This document shows, in pieces, positions 1 to 14,179 of a DNA stretch of 64,000 nt. The notes below the pieces were generated by a model. The model had not been told where the DNA came from. It was given only the letters and a program-made list of their open reading frames with translations, and did no database searches. How positions within the stretch are numbered: position 1 is the first letter of the stretch; each line of letters opens with the position of its first letter. The DNA is from Octopus sinensis (taxonomy: Eukaryota). The translations under genes were made by a program, and so were the position numbers. The stretch is from positions 33,046,001 through 33,110,000 of the forward strand of contig NC_043013.1 in NCBI RefSeq assembly GCF_006345805.1, given 5' to 3'.

Positions 1-20
1 TATTTGCATATATATGTATA

Positions 21-65
<45 letters not shown>

Positions 66-1294
66 ATGTGTATACAGGTAAACTTCACCATATATACACG
101 ATGTGACATATATATATCTATATCTATGTGTGTATATATATATATATGTGTATATATATACATTCATATATATATATATTGATATAGATATACATAAAGA
201 TCCCCAATATAATAATTATATGTGTGTGTACGTATTTATGTATGTATGTATGTGTGTAAAGATCGAACCAAAGAAGCTAAAATTGCCAATGAAATCTGGC
301 TAGCAAAGCGTTTCTCGTTTAACGCATCAGTGAACATCTAAAAGCTGTAATTTATTAAAAGACTCATACTGTTAAATGATCATTTTCGCATCTAAGTGCT
401 TAAAAAAAATACAGAAAATTGAGTGTGCTCTGCATATTGAGCATAAGTATCTGTCACCACTCAACTCTATCATATAGGATAAGAAGAAAAATAAAATATG
501 TAAGTAGAAGTAGAGCCAATCGTTCGATTGTTTCTTGCACCTAATCACCACGTAACACACCTGAAACTATGGCTTCGTTAAGAAAATGAAAAAAATTAAA
601 ATCAAACAAGACTAGTTGAACGGTACAAAACAGACAATATACTGAACGAAGGAGCTGCCGTGTAATTGTACAAAATGCTTGATAGAAATAAGAGTTAAAG
701 CTATCTCGCATCACATACAACTGTCTTCACAAAAATTGGATGTTGGCAAATTTGTTTCTGAGACACTTTCTGAGAAGAAGAATCAAAGCGGAATGGTCAA
801 GAATAGATGATGATTTTTGTATGTATAGTCTGACATGTGGTTAAACAATAATGACAACAAGAACTTTAGGTGGTATCTGTATGCGGCTGTATCAGCTAGG
901 TAGAAATCAAAGCTAAATTTCCTTTTAATAAAATGTGGGACGGGTTCTTTGACCATACTTTTACGTAAAGTCTTTGCCCAATAGTTCAATCCTAGAACGT
1001 CTTTGTTCTTTGATCATAACATCTCCTATCAGAGATGAAGGAAAGCAATAGCTAGAAGAACGACAACAAAAACAACAACGACGATAACGAGGACAAGAAC
1101 AACATGTTAGACAAACCATTTCTCGATGAGGAATAAATTGGCTTTTGTATGATACTATTCTCCTTAACATAAATCAGTACATTGTAATGATTGTCCAAAC
1201 CTAAAACCTAAATTTAATAACGAGAGGTGAGCTGGAATTAACAATCAAGTCCATTTCATATTACACCCTGGACTGACTTCCGTTGACAAGTCTG

Positions 1295-1344
1295 TGATAT
1301 CATATAAAATATGATATCATATAAAATCTGATATCGTATAAAAT
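1295..1344. repeat. 17-bp tandem repeat x3
   Basis: TGATATCATATAAAATA / TGATATCATATAAAATC / TGATATCGTATAAAAT. Confidence 0.9.
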
Positions 1345-1460
1345 GATAAAGATACGGCATGCACATTAGTAGCACCAATTCTCTAAAGCTACTAAGCTTG
1401 TTAAGTATAGCAACCGATTAGTTGCTTGTGTGTCTGGGATTGGTTAAGTTGCTGTAAACA

Positions 1461-1500
1461 CCTCTGATGAGAATAAAATGAGGGACGAAATCGTATAAGG
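1461..1500 (+). ncRNA. Degenerate minimal hammerhead ribozyme motif
   Basis: CCT-CTGATGA-gaataaaatgagggac-GAAA-tcgtata-AGG: the core boxes and a 3-bp stem I (CCT/AGG) are present, but stem II does not pair. Confidence 0.35.
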
Positions 1501-2931
1501 CCGTTCATCATTTTTCCAATATGCGGAAAAAAATTTAATTTGCCCTGTTCATATATTTACTCCATAGGTTATATATCCATATATATTTCAGAGAGAACAC
1601 CTTTGATTGTACATCAACCAAGAGATAAACAACAGTGGTTTCTGAGGGTGGGGATTTAGTGGAATCCATTGACTCCAGCACATGGCTGGTATTTTATTTT
1701 ATTAAACACAGAGTTTAATAAAAATTTTTCCTCTGATAATGTAAGGACGCGGACGAAGCTCCAAAGCCTCCGCCTGCTTTCCATCTTACAGCCAAAGAAT
1801 AGTAACAATCGCGACAGGATCTGAGCCCAAGTTACAATTCTCGCTAAGATTTACATTTTTTCAGATAAGGATTTAATTTTCATAGAATTTATTTTGCAAG
1901 AATTTTGCTGCGAAATAATTCGTTGGCACGGATATTATTATGTCTTACAATGAGCAATTTTCCCATAAACACACGCAATATTTGTAGTATTGCTAAGTAA
2001 TAAATTAATCTATTAACTAACTATTGATAATTTTCTTACAAAATTTTCTTTAAACTCTTTGGACTTTTGCAATTATGTAAATGTGTTTTCATTCCCCGAT
2101 TGATTGAGGATCAGAAATAATTTATACGAAAGAATAGGTCTCAAGAGTATGGTAAAAAATTCATTAATTAATTGGTTAGTTGACAATAAACCTATTAGTA
2201 GATAACAAACAATGAAATGTGTTTATTGGGAAAATGTACAATAAAACATTAATAAGAGAATAAAAGAGTTCCTATTTGTAACAAATAATATTAATAGTAC
2301 TATAGTGACTGCCAGTATTGGCTTTCTAGTTTCTAAACTGCCAAGGTCAACTTTGTCTTTCATGTCTCCTCTAAGTACTGATGATGAAGCTTGCAATTAA
2401 ATTCCTCGCCTAAAAATTGATGAAGTTGTATATAAAATAGAAACAAATATTTTGAGGGCAAGAGATGGCTGAAGTGTATGAATGTCAAGCAAAAGGCTTT
2501 GTAGTATTTCTTCTTCTCCTGTCATAGTTTCTAAACTTGGATCTATGCATGGAATCAGAACTACTATAGCAATAATAACAATTACAGCAACAGCAAACAC
2601 GAAAAGGTAGCCTCTAAGTTGTCGGTAGACCGCTCTGAATAACAATTATATCTCCCTCAAATCACACACGCCATTTTGAACACAGCAAGTCAGATGAATA
2701 TGTAATCATAGCTCCACGTGTCTCTGTGTGTGTATATGTATATGTATATATGTATGTATATATATATATGTGTGTGTGTGGGTGTGTGTGTGTATATGTA
2801 TATATATACATATGTAAATATGTATACACACACATGGATAGACGTGTGTGTTGTGTGTGTATAAGTATATATATATACATATATGTATACATATATACAT
2901 AAATACATACATATGTACATATTTATATGTA

Positions 2932-3183
2932 TTGGGTTGGTGCATAATTATTGCGGCTTTTTTTTCAACAAATTTTATTCAACAAAGACAATAACAACAT
3001 GCAACAAAAACATCTTTAAACGATTATTCCGGAGCATACTCACCATCTACTTCAATTACTGCTCCCCATTTGCTTGGCAGACGGTCAGATCGTCATTTAA
3101 AGATGTTTTTGTTACGCATTGTTGTTATTTTTGTTGAATAAAATTTGTTGAAAACAAGCCGCAATAATTATGCACCAACCTAA
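2932..3183. mobile_element. Mariner-type MITE with long TIRs
   Basis: About 95-bp inverted arms beginning TTGGGTTGGTGCATAATTATTGCGGC and ending GCCGCAATAATTATGCACCAACCTAA; flanked by TA at 2930-2931 and 3184-3185. Confidence 0.9.
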
Positions 3184-3689
3184 TATTTACGTACATGAGT
3201 GCATACATATGTATTTTTCTACATACATGCACATGCACACATATATTCATATATATTAAGTCCTAATATAATGCTGGATCATCACGGATAGGATGAATTT
3301 TTCTATAGGGCAAGTTCATACTAACAGAATTGCTTTGAAATAAAACCTACTGTTACCTCTTCAACACTACCAACAGCCGCAACACAACATTAACAACTAA
3401 ACAATATAAATTAACTTAGATATAGGGTGAACAAATACATCTGTGATTTTATTCACAAAACACATCTTCATACAGAGGCATACTCATACACATTCATACA
3501 TCACGCACACAACTATACATGTAGCTGTATATATATATAGACAGAGAGGCAGAAAATGGTAAAGAAAAAAACTACAAAAATTAGCAAAAGTAAAAAAAAA
3601 ACAATAATCTATATACAACAAATTATATATATATACATATATATAAATATATATATATATATACATACATATATATGTGTGTCTGTGTG

Positions 3690-3736
<47 letters not shown>

Positions 3737-5164
3737 ACATAAATATTTATATATATATGTATATATATATATATATATATATACATATATACATATATAT
3801 ATGTGTGTGTGAATGTATATGTGTTTGTACATATATATGTGCATGCATACATTTATATACATACAGATAGATATACACACACAAACATACACACAAAGAA
3901 ACACACACACACACAGTGTACCTATGTGGCCTTCGGGGAAACGCAGTGTCTTGCCTTTTTGACCTCGTTACTGACTCGTGCGAAAATTTTTCTTTTAAAT
4001 AATAAAATAACTTTATATTTCTGTGGACAGTTTTCTAGATGAGATAATTTAAAATGATTTATTAGTATTCTACCTTATAACTATTAAATCTATAACATAA
4101 GAACAACCAGAGATGTAATTTATTCTTTTATTTTTTATGAGTTTCAACCCAAAGGATGTAACCAAGCTAGGGCACCAGTTGTTATGTTGAGAGATTTCAT
4201 ATTCACTAGTAACTCACGCTGTGTTGGAGAAACAAACACGCACACATGTACGTACAAACGTATCCGTGTGTACATGTATTTATATGTGTATGTGAACGTA
4301 ACCCACGTACGTCTTTCCTGACTGCCTTCTTATTACTTTTCCTCCTATCCTTCTGTTTACTACTTCTGCACTTCTAGTATTTGAAAGTATATGTTATATG
4401 TCCGAAACGTGATAAGTTTTAATCTAAACCTTGTACTTCTTTGATTTTTCCGTGAGCATCAACCTAATAAGATTAACTGTAAACGTCTCTTGCCGGTTTG
4501 TAATTTATTGCTTTTTGCTATTTGTATTTGTGTGGCAAATGTGTATTGGTTATACATTGGAACCAGTTCGAGCATGCGCGCGTTAATCTTCTGAAAACTT
4601 GGATTTAAAAATGTGTCCTTTTAGTCAACCTTGCTTCTCCTTGTGGTCGCAGCTATTACCAACGAGATAATTATTTCGTCATGGTATGAAGAAAGTTTAG
4701 AACTTGAAATTGAAATTTAGGAAAAATAAGGGAAAAGATGCTTACCATCCACTTTTTAATTCTTTATTTATTTTTGCTTTCTTTTCTTGAAGTTACTAAA
4801 ATTTTTTGTCATTGGTAATGATACGAATACATATCGCTATTTCATTCTTTTTAGAAATCCCCAGCATGACATAATTGTGACTTTATTTTTTCACCATATT
4901 ATGAAGTCAGACATTTCATTAAAGATGGTAATAGTTAAAGTCTTGATGAAATTCATGGATGTGCTTTTTATTCTCTTCTTCATAGTAGTAGACGAAAGAC
5001 GGAAAGCTCGTAGTGTTTCCTTCTTTTCTACATCGTAGTAGAGAAAAGAGACAAAGTTCTTAGTGTTTGCATATAACTGTGCCTCCGGAACTCTATCTTG
5101 TGAAAACGCCTTATAGTAGCCAATAACTTCAGTGTTGACTGTAAAAAAGGCCAAATGTCGTTTT

Positions 5165-5480
5165 GCTTACGTGCATCAGTCACTGGGATGCTGCTATGCT
5201 GGGGCACTTCATTGAAGAGTTTAGTCGAACAACTCGAGCCTGTATTTGTGTTTTTCAAGTTTGGTACTTATCCAAACGGAATCTTTTGAAAACCGCCAAG
5301 TTACGTGATGTAACCAAACCAACACAGGTTGTTCAGGTGGTGGGAAGAAAAACTACAAACATGACACACACACATACACACATATACGACGCGCTTCCAC
5401 ACAGTTTCCGACCACCAAATCCACCTAAAAGGCATTATCCGGCCAGGGGCTTTTGTAGAAATCACAAGTTAGCGTGCGGT
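5165..5480 (-). mobile_element. SINE S2, old and partial
   Basis: Diverged match to the S2 copies at 13475 and 53270 (atgctggggcac, cagtttccgaccaccaaatccac). Confidence 0.6.
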
Positions 5481-5774
5481 GTTCTTGTTCTTCAGAATCA
5501 AAGAACATCAGAAAACAAAGATAAGATACATTTATATGAAATCTAATGAAAAAACAGAAGTATTCAAGGACTACGTGTGTAAACGGAAGTGAAGTAATTT
5601 TTTTTTACTATTCAATCAGCGAGAGAAAGGCAGCACCTATAACCTTATATTTTTTCAGGGTCTTGAGATTGGTGAAATGAAAGGATGAAATTAGACCCAA
5701 TGACCAGGAGGTGGTTTTATATTCAACAAAAGATTATCTTCAGGCAAAAACCCTGAATGCAAAGACTGAAACAA

Positions 5775-5970
5775 GTAGTGCAAGGCATTTTGTTTGGGGC
5801 TCAATTAGTTCCGTCAAACTTCCGCTCTGGACTGGTACTTTCTTTATTGACCCCAAAAGGATGAAAGGTACGGTTGACATCGACGGAATTTGTACTCAGA
5901 ACATTGCGATGGACGAAATACCGCTAAGCATTTCATCTAACGTGTTAATAATTCTGCCAGCTCGCCGCCT
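5775..5970 (-). mobile_element. SINE S3
   Basis: ctggtact...gaccccaaaaggatgaaagg...ggaatttgtactcagaac...attctgccagctcgccgcct matches the other S3 copies. Confidence 0.85.
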
Positions 5971-6042
5971 TATATAATTATAATGATGATGATGATAATG
6001 ATGATGATGATAATAATAATAATTATAATGATGATGATGATG

Positions 6043-6112
<70 letters not shown>

Positions 6113-6150
6113 CAATAAAAAAATAAATAATAATAATAATAATTATAATA
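5971..6150. repeat. (AAT)n/(GAT)n compound microsatellite
   Basis: Directly visible. Confidence 0.95.
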
Positions 6151-6754
6151 AAACCTCAAAGCATTCTATCTCATTTTGTAAAAATTCTGAGGATGACAAC
6201 TGTACCCTATCAATATGTACTTTCTTTCACCCTGCAACGCCAATGTCAGAGAACGTCTTGAATAATTATTTGACAAGCACTTTCTTCATTGTGTAATTTT
6301 GTGAGGCAGTCCAAGGGCCGTCTGCTGTCGTCTTGTTTTGATGTCGACAGTGGTAGATACAATGCTTGTTTTGTAAGGGAAAGTAAAAATTAAAGGGTTA
6401 CATTAAAATTTGTAGGATTTCAGTAAACCTTAATATATTTCATATCCGAAACGGTAACCGTTGTTATAATTCGCTGCCTTTTGTCAATACAGAATGAATG
6501 TTTCATTTATATAAGTTAAGTCCTTCTGTTTTTACGTATCATCTTGGTCTTTGTCTCACCATATGCGTATATAAATTGTCTGTAGATAAGGTTATAATCC
6601 AAGTTGTTTTTATAAAGCACATATGCCGATCTCTAAAGAATATTTGTAGAGGTTATGGCTTATATGTGTATTAAAAACACTGGAGAATGTTAAATACTCG
6701 ATGAAACATACCAAAATTGTCCAGTTTTCGGTTTATATATGTAAATAGGGATAC

Positions 6755-6821
<67 letters not shown>

Positions 6822-6826
6822 GTATG

Positions 6827-6903
<77 letters not shown>

Positions 6904-7034
6904 ACATATATATATACATATATATATAGATATATACATACATATATATATACATACATATATATATGTCTCTCTGTCTGTCTATCTATCTATCTATCTA
7001 TCAATGCCTATGAATATGCACACACCCAAACATA

Positions 7035-7073
<39 letters not shown>

Positions 7074-7096
7074 ATATACATACTTTTATTCTTCAA

Positions 7097-7447
7097 TTCC
7101 TTTACTTGATTCAGTCATTTGACTGCGGCCATGCTAGAGCACCGCCTTTAGTCGAGTAAATCGATCCCAGGACTTATTCTTTGAAAGCTTAGTACTTATT
7201 CTATCAGTCTATTTATATAGAACCGCATCTATTGCCTAGCGATGACAATCACAGTCTCACAAACATATACACACATACATATATACATATATACCAAGGG
7301 CTTCTTACAGTTTCCGTCTACCAAATCCACTCACAAGGCTTTGGTCGGTCCGAGGCTATAGTAGAAGACACTTGCCCAAGGAGCCACGCACTGGAACTGA
7401 ACTCGGAACCATGTGGCTGGTAAGAAAACTACTTAACACACAACCAC

Positions 7448-7449
<2 letters not shown>
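7097..7449 (-). mobile_element. SINE S2
   Basis: Tail cagtcatttgactgcggccatgct, CORE-like gacacttgcccaagg, head ggaaccatgtggctggtaag. Confidence 0.9.
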
Positions 7450-7492
<43 letters not shown>

Positions 7493-8122
7493 ATATATAT
7501 ATATAAAACAGTGCACATCAGCGCGCACTTGCATGTGAATTATATATATATATATGCGTATGTTTGTGTGCTCATGCATTTATATGTGTGTGTGAGTGTG
7601 TATACATACTTATGCGTACAAATGCAGGCACTCACGCGTATATATAAAGCACGAAGATGCGCAAGAAGATAGAGACTTTAAATATAAACCTTATCCCATT
7701 TGCCATGATTGATGGCATGTTCAGCTAAATTCATCTGTGTATTCTTCTTGGCCATTTCAAGTAATATAAAGAAACTGACCAAATAACTCTCAGTCTCTGT
7801 CTCTTCATAAGCATACATACACACACACATACATACATACATACATACATACATACATACATACATACATACATACATACATACATACATGCATACATAC
7901 ATACATACATATATACATACATACACACATACACACGTACATACATACATACATACATACATACATACGTACATACATGCATGCATGCTGGCATACATAT
8001 ATAAATACATCGATACGTACTAACTTATATGTATATTTAAATATATCTATGCATGTGTGTGTCTGTATATATATATGTATATATATATATATGTATATAA
8101 ATATCCACACACACACACACAC

Positions 8123-8259
<137 letters not shown>

Positions 8260-8425
8260 GTAACAGATCTGTATAGGTACATGTGCAGATTTATACAAAC
8301 AACCAACACACACATATATACGTGTGCATGCATATATCTACAGTTATGTGTATATATGTGTATGTGTACAATTCATGTACGTGTTGTAAATGTAAGCGTC
8401 TAAGAGGCAGGTGATATTAAAATAC

Positions 8426-8461
<36 letters not shown>

Positions 8462-8984
8462 CACTACTCTAGCGGTGCTCTAACTGAAATGACATACAGT
8501 ACTTTAATGACCCTTCAATCAACAAGCAAAAATGATTTAAAAAATGCCGGCTGAGAAGGGGAAGAAAAAAGTATAAAATAGATTGCCGATTGGCAAAGAC
8601 ACACAAAATGGTAGTCGTTGAAGGCTGGAGTATTTTTTTTTTGCTGTTGTTTTTGATATGTGTTATTTTATATTATTATTCATATATTATTCATTATTTT
8701 TTAAACCTATTTTTTTTCTTCTCTGTTGTCAAGCGTAATGTCAGTGACAGAGGCGAAGCTATTGCACTGCCGTCCACTTGATTGATGGCAGAAATACGAA
8801 GGGAATGCTAGTTCGATATAAAATTGTTCATTTTAAAACTGGTTGTGACTTTTGTTTGCTTACAAGCTACGAGAAGCACGAAAACACATTGACAACAGGT
8901 TGGCATCAAATTCAAAACCATCAGTGTTAATTAGCAGTGCTTAGAATTCACCGTATGCATCACTAAATTTATCTGTCTGTCCGT

Positions 8985-9240
<256 letters not shown>

Positions 9241-9492
9241 TATATAGATCAATTTATCTCCATTATACTTACATACGCAGAGTCTCTCGTACGAAAGTAC
9301 GTATAAGTTTATATGCATCTAAGTAAAACACACACACACAAACACATACACACAAACACATACACACAAACACACACGCATAATGCTGGCTTTGCTCCAG
9401 CACTTTCGCAAGAACTTTTGCTTTCTGAGGCGAGTAAAATAGTAAACGTATGTTTATTTTCTTTATGCATCTACATATGCATTAACACACAC

Positions 9493-9562
<70 letters not shown>

Positions 9563-10036
9563 TCACTCACAAACATGGTGATGCGTACGTTTGTTTCTCT
9601 CTCTCAATAAATAATTCTGTTTTCTTTTTGGTTACTCTAGATTTTTCACGTGAATATATTAAACTAGAAATAGATTCGTTCGAAATGATTTTTACGAATT
9701 GAATATAGGACAGCACTCAGTGTACTGTAAATGAGGAAGAGATTTTGAGATTAAATGTTTCATAGCCAAATGGCAGCGTATTGCTTATATACGAACCGTG
9801 TATGGTTGTGATATTAAGATTTGGATTTAGTTTCGAAGAATACTTTTGTGAATGTTCTATTATTGTCACGGCAGCACATTTTCTACATACCTCTACGCAA
9901 TTAATAGCCAATATTAATGTTTAGTTGTTGTATTTTGTTTGTTGGTTGGTTGATTTCTGCAGCCAGGTTTTGATTCGTATATAAAGAGGGAGAGAAAGAG
10001 TCTTGAGGGGGAAAAAAGATTAAAAGATAGATACAT

Positions 10037-10600
10037 AGGCACAGGCTTAGGTGTGTGGGAAGAAGCCTGCCTGCCGACGACATGGTTCCGGATTCAGTCC
10101 CACTCTGTGGCACCTTGTGCAAGAGTCTTCTATTATAGCCTCGGACCGACCAAAGCCTTCTCAGTGGATTTCGTAGACGGAAACTAAAATATTCCATCGT
10201 ACATACATACATAGATACATAGATACATAGAGACATAGATACATACATACTTACATACATATATACATACATACATACATGCATACATACATACAAACAT
10301 ACACATACACACATGTTATATAATTATATGAATGTATGTATGTACATATGTGTTTTGTATCTATGTATATGTGTTTGTATGTATGTGTCTTTTCTGGCAG
10401 TTTGTCCCCCACCACGACTTCATAACCGATGTTGTTTTGTTTATGTCTCCATAAATTAACAGTTCGGAAAAAGACACCGATAGAATGAGTACCAGGCTTA
10501 AAAAATTAAGCATGGGGTCGATTTGTTCGACTAAAATTCTTCAAGGGGCTGCTACAGCATGGTCAGAGTCTAATGATTGAATCAAGTAAAAAACGAAAGA
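10037..10600 (+). mobile_element. SINE S2 with expanded internal (ATAC)n
   Basis: Head catggttccggattcagtcccact, CORE-like caccttgtgcaagagtcttc, tail gggtcgatttgttcgactaaa...cagcatgg. Confidence 0.85.
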
Positions 10601-10882
10601 TAACAATCAAAGTTAATGTAAGAGGTGCGTGACGAGTGCAGATACTAAGCTTGGTGGCAGGTCTGAGTAAAAGAATGCTACACATGATGTGAGAGAGAAA
10701 AACTGATTAAAACAGAGAAGGAAGAGATATCATGTAACAGAATAGTTATGAGAAGAGTTATATAAATAAATGAGAAATAGTTTCATTTAATGATCTTTTC
10801 AGGTAATGAATATTTTATTTTTGAAAAATGGTATTTATTTCATCATTTTCTATAAGAGACAAGATATCTGTTAAAAGTTAAA

Positions 10883-11264
10883 TCTCTATATATATAAAGC
10901 TGATGTTGTCTGTGAATGGCAGGTTTGGTAGCCTTCAACTAACACTATCTCCTCCGAGACCCTGCGGCGCAAGTTGTCCAAAATTGAGAGTATGATAGAA
11001 GAAGGCTTGCTCTTCCTTCCGTAGAAAATTCAAATCGGACTATGTTAATACCAAAAATTATTTACATCAAAAAGGTGCTTTTTTTCTATGAAAATCCCTA
11101 TTTTGTACGATTTTTTTTACTGCTGAGTCGCCATTTTTCGGTGTATTTAACCAGAATGTTCGCTTAAAGAGAATAACAAGCTACAGAATGCAACATTTTA
11201 CTTTTGAAAAATTCCAATTCTGAAGGGTCGAAACAAACCCGAGCAACGCGGGCGATACTGCTAG
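10883..11264 (+). mobile_element. Non-autonomous Helitron
   Basis: 5' A|TCTCTATATATATAAAG; 3' hairpin CCCG-agcaacg-CGGG (11238-11252), then CTAG|T at 11261-11265; inserted between A and T. Confidence 0.8.
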
Positions 11265-11369
11265 TTATAATTAAAGCAGTCATGTCATGTTTCCTGGAGT
11301 CACCCTTTATGGCAAAAAATTTCTTCCAGTCTTACTCCCCATATGATGGGTTACACTCCACTTAATATC

Positions 11370-11750
11370 GTAGTATTCCATCGGTTACGAAGATGAGGGT
11401 TCCAGTTGAACCGATCAACGGAACAGCTTCCTCTTGAAATTAACGTTCAAGTGACTGAGCACTCCACAGACACGTGCACCTTTAACGTAGTTCTTGGTGA
11501 GATTCAGCGTGACGCAGAGTGTGACAAAGCTGGCCCTTTGAAATACAGGTACAACAGAAACAGGAAGAAAGAGCGAGAGAAAGTTGTGGTGAAAGAGTAC
11601 AGTAGGTTCGTTACTCAACCCTGCCAGAACCTCATGGAGCGCTAGGTGTTTTCGCTCAATAAACACTCACAGCGCCCGGTCTGGGAATCGAAACCGCGAT
11701 CCTACGACCGCGAGTCCGCTGCCCTAACCACTGGGCCATTGCGCGTCTAC
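11370..11750 (-). mobile_element. tRNA-SINE, head H1 + tail T1
   Basis: Minus-strand head GCGCAATGGCCCAGTGGTTAGGGCAGCGGACTCGCGG...GGTTTCGATTCCC (A/B boxes); tail shared with 24505 and 22831; CCACTTAAT on both flanks. Confidence 0.9.
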
Positions 11751-11844
11751 CCACTTAATGTAACAGTAATCTTCTGACTGCCTAAGGTGTGTGTCACACT
11801 CCAGGTTGTTTGTCCCAAGAAAAGAAGAAACATTATGCTGGTTT

Positions 11845-12490
11845 CAAATTTTGGCACAAAGCCAGCAATTTGAGATGAGGGGTAAATCAATTAAATCAAC
11901 CCCAGTGTTCAAATCGTACTTATTTCTTATTTCTTTATTGGCCACAAGGGGCCAAACATAGAGGGGACAAACAAGGACAGACAAAGGGATTAAGGCGATT
12001 TACATCGACCCCAGTATGTAACTGGTACTTAATTTGTCGACCCCGAAATGATGAAAGGCAAAGTGGACCTCGGCGGAATTTGAACTCAGAACGTAAAGCC
12101 AAACAATATACCTATTTCCGTACTACCCACAAGTGGCTAAACACAGAGAGGACAAACAAGGACAGACAAATGGATTAAGTCGATTACATCGACCCCAGTG
12201 CGTAACTGGTACTTATTTAATCGACTCCGAAAGATGAAAGGCAAAGTCGACCTCGGCGGAATTTGAACTCAGAACGTAACGGCAGTTGAAATACGGCTCC
12301 GCATTTCGTCCGGCGTGCTAACGTTTCTGCCAGCTCGCCGCCTATCGTACTTATTTCTGAAACTTGACCTCAAATGGTACTTATTTCTATCGACCCAAAA
12401 GGGAGGAATGTCAACGACGACGGAATTTGAACTCCAAACATAAAGTCAGAAGAGATATAACTCGGAATTTTTTCGGGCCTGGTAACGATT
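11845..12490 (-). mobile_element. Nested S3 cluster: head-to-tail dimer inside an older S3
   Basis: The dimer is flanked by the 15-bp direct repeat ATCGTACTTATTTCT at 11913-11927 and 12344-12358; older diverged S3 sequence lies on both sides. Confidence 0.85.
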
Positions 12491-12684
12491 CTGTAATTAC
12501 CTTTACAAGAAAAAATATATTAATAAAACGTTTACATTGTGACCTCGGTGAAATTTGAGTTTTGAATGTAAATAATTAGAATAAATGCTGCAACCTTTTT
12601 TCCGACGTTCCAACACTTGACCAGCTCACTGGTCAAAATAGCAGTTTCTATATTCATCTATTTTGTTTTGTTTTTTGTTTGTTT

Positions 12685-12900
12685 GTTTTTGTTTTTCCAG
12701 TTTCAGCTCTTGAGCTGTGGCCATGCTGGGGCACCGCCATTGTGGTGAAAAAGTACAGTAGGGATCACCACCCCCTGCGGAGCCTCGTAGAGCTCTTTAG
12801 GTGTTTTCGCTCAATAAACACACACAACGCCCGGTCTGAGAATCGAAACCGCGATCCTGCGACCGCGAGTCCGCTGCCCTAACCACTAGGCCATTGCGCC
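12685..12900 (-). mobile_element. tRNA-SINE, head H1 + T4-like tail
   Basis: On the minus strand the H1 head (12770-12900) runs into GGCGGTGCCCCAGCATGGCCACAGCTC...GCTGAAAC. Confidence 0.75.
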
Positions 12901-13474
12901 TATATCAAGAAACAATGTTACTTTCATTCCTTAGGTCATGTTTTAGAAATTTTACTCCAAAGAAAATATGAACTGTTTTCATTATTTTATCTCCTTATTA
13001 GAAACTTCGTAGAATAATAAAATTTGACTCGAATTATGCGGTGCCAAGGGAGGAAGAAATAGTACTGTACACGGCTATCAATGACTAAAAATTTTAAGAA
13101 TTTATTTGATGCAAGAAAAAAAAATTCTAAATGGAAAATCAAAATTTGTATATGTATGTCATTCAACTTAACCTACCTTAACCTAGGGGATCTCCTCACC
13201 CCCACCCCCCGCTGAAATGATAAATTCACCTGAAGCAAACCACGTGTTAAAATTAATTTTTGCTTCCAAATAATTTTATTTTTTTATGTAAGATGAACTG
13301 TTTCAAATCGTGTATACTAATTATTTGTGTTAGAAAATAAAGATTTTTTCAGAAACAGATTCTATGAGGCACTATAAATGCGATAATAAATAAAATAACG
13401 GCCAAGAAATGAATCCTTTAAAATAATTACTTGAAATGAATTTGATAAGTTGCTGCGATTAATTATATTTCTTT

Positions 13475-13905
13475 CACTTTTACACTTTTACTTGTTTCAG
13501 TCATTTGACTGCGGCCATGCTGTGGCACCGCTTTTAGTCGAATAAATCGACCCCAGGACTTATTCTTTGTGAGCTTGGTACTTATTTTATCGGTCTCTTT
13601 TGCTGAACCGCTAAGTTACGAAGACGTAAACACACCAGGATCAGTTGTCAAGCGGTGTTGCGGGGGGAACACATACACACACACATAATCACACGCACAC
13701 ATACATATATATACATATATACGACGGGCTTCTTTCAGTTTCCGTCTGACAAATCCACTCACAAGGCTTTGGTCGACCCGAGGCTGTAGTAGAAGACACT
13801 TGCTCAAGGTGACACGCAGTGGGACTGAACCCGGAACCATGTGGTTGGTAAGCAAGCTACTTAACACACAGTCAGTCCTGCGCCTACTTACCACACAGCC
13901 ACTCA
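13475..13905 (-). mobile_element. SINE S2, full length, with an extra head fragment
   Basis: Complete S2 order; a second copy of acttaccacacagcc follows the head at about 13886-13905. Confidence 0.9.
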
Positions 13906-13960
13906 TTCAAATGCATATATGTATTTGAATTTAAAGGATAGTTTTCAATGAAAAGAATAA

Positions 13961-14179
13961 ATATTCGTTTCAAATTTGGGCGCGAGGCCAGTAAGTTCGG
14001 GAGATAGGGTAAACTGAATACATCGACTCCAGTGTTCAACTAGAACGTATTTTATCGATCCGAAAAGGATGAAAGGCAAAGTCGTCCTCGGAGGTATTTG
14101 AACTCAGAACGTAAAAACGGACGAAATACCGTTAGGCATTTTCCTCGGCGTGCCAAGCAATTCTTCTGCTCACCACCTT
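13961..14179 (-). mobile_element. SINE S3
   Basis: gaaaaggatgaaaggcaaagtc...atttgaactcagaacgtaa. Confidence 0.85.

Larger units (their letters stand above)
780..1560 (+). mobile_element. Decayed Penelope-like element 3' end (GIY-YIG relic plus pseudo-LTR), tentative
   Basis: Stop-riddled translation gives MYSLTCG...TTRTLG and ITSPIRDEG, resembling the GIY-YIG start and the C-terminal NRDEG motif. A CTGATGA...GAAA motif follows at 1464-1490, where PLE hammerheads occur. Confidence 0.4.

Noticed and set aside
11370-11750. tRNA genes at SINE heads (also 12900, 22831, 24505, 30545, 40482)
   Set aside because: The A/B boxes run straight into shared repeat bodies without a complete acceptor stem; these are SINE heads, not tRNA genes.
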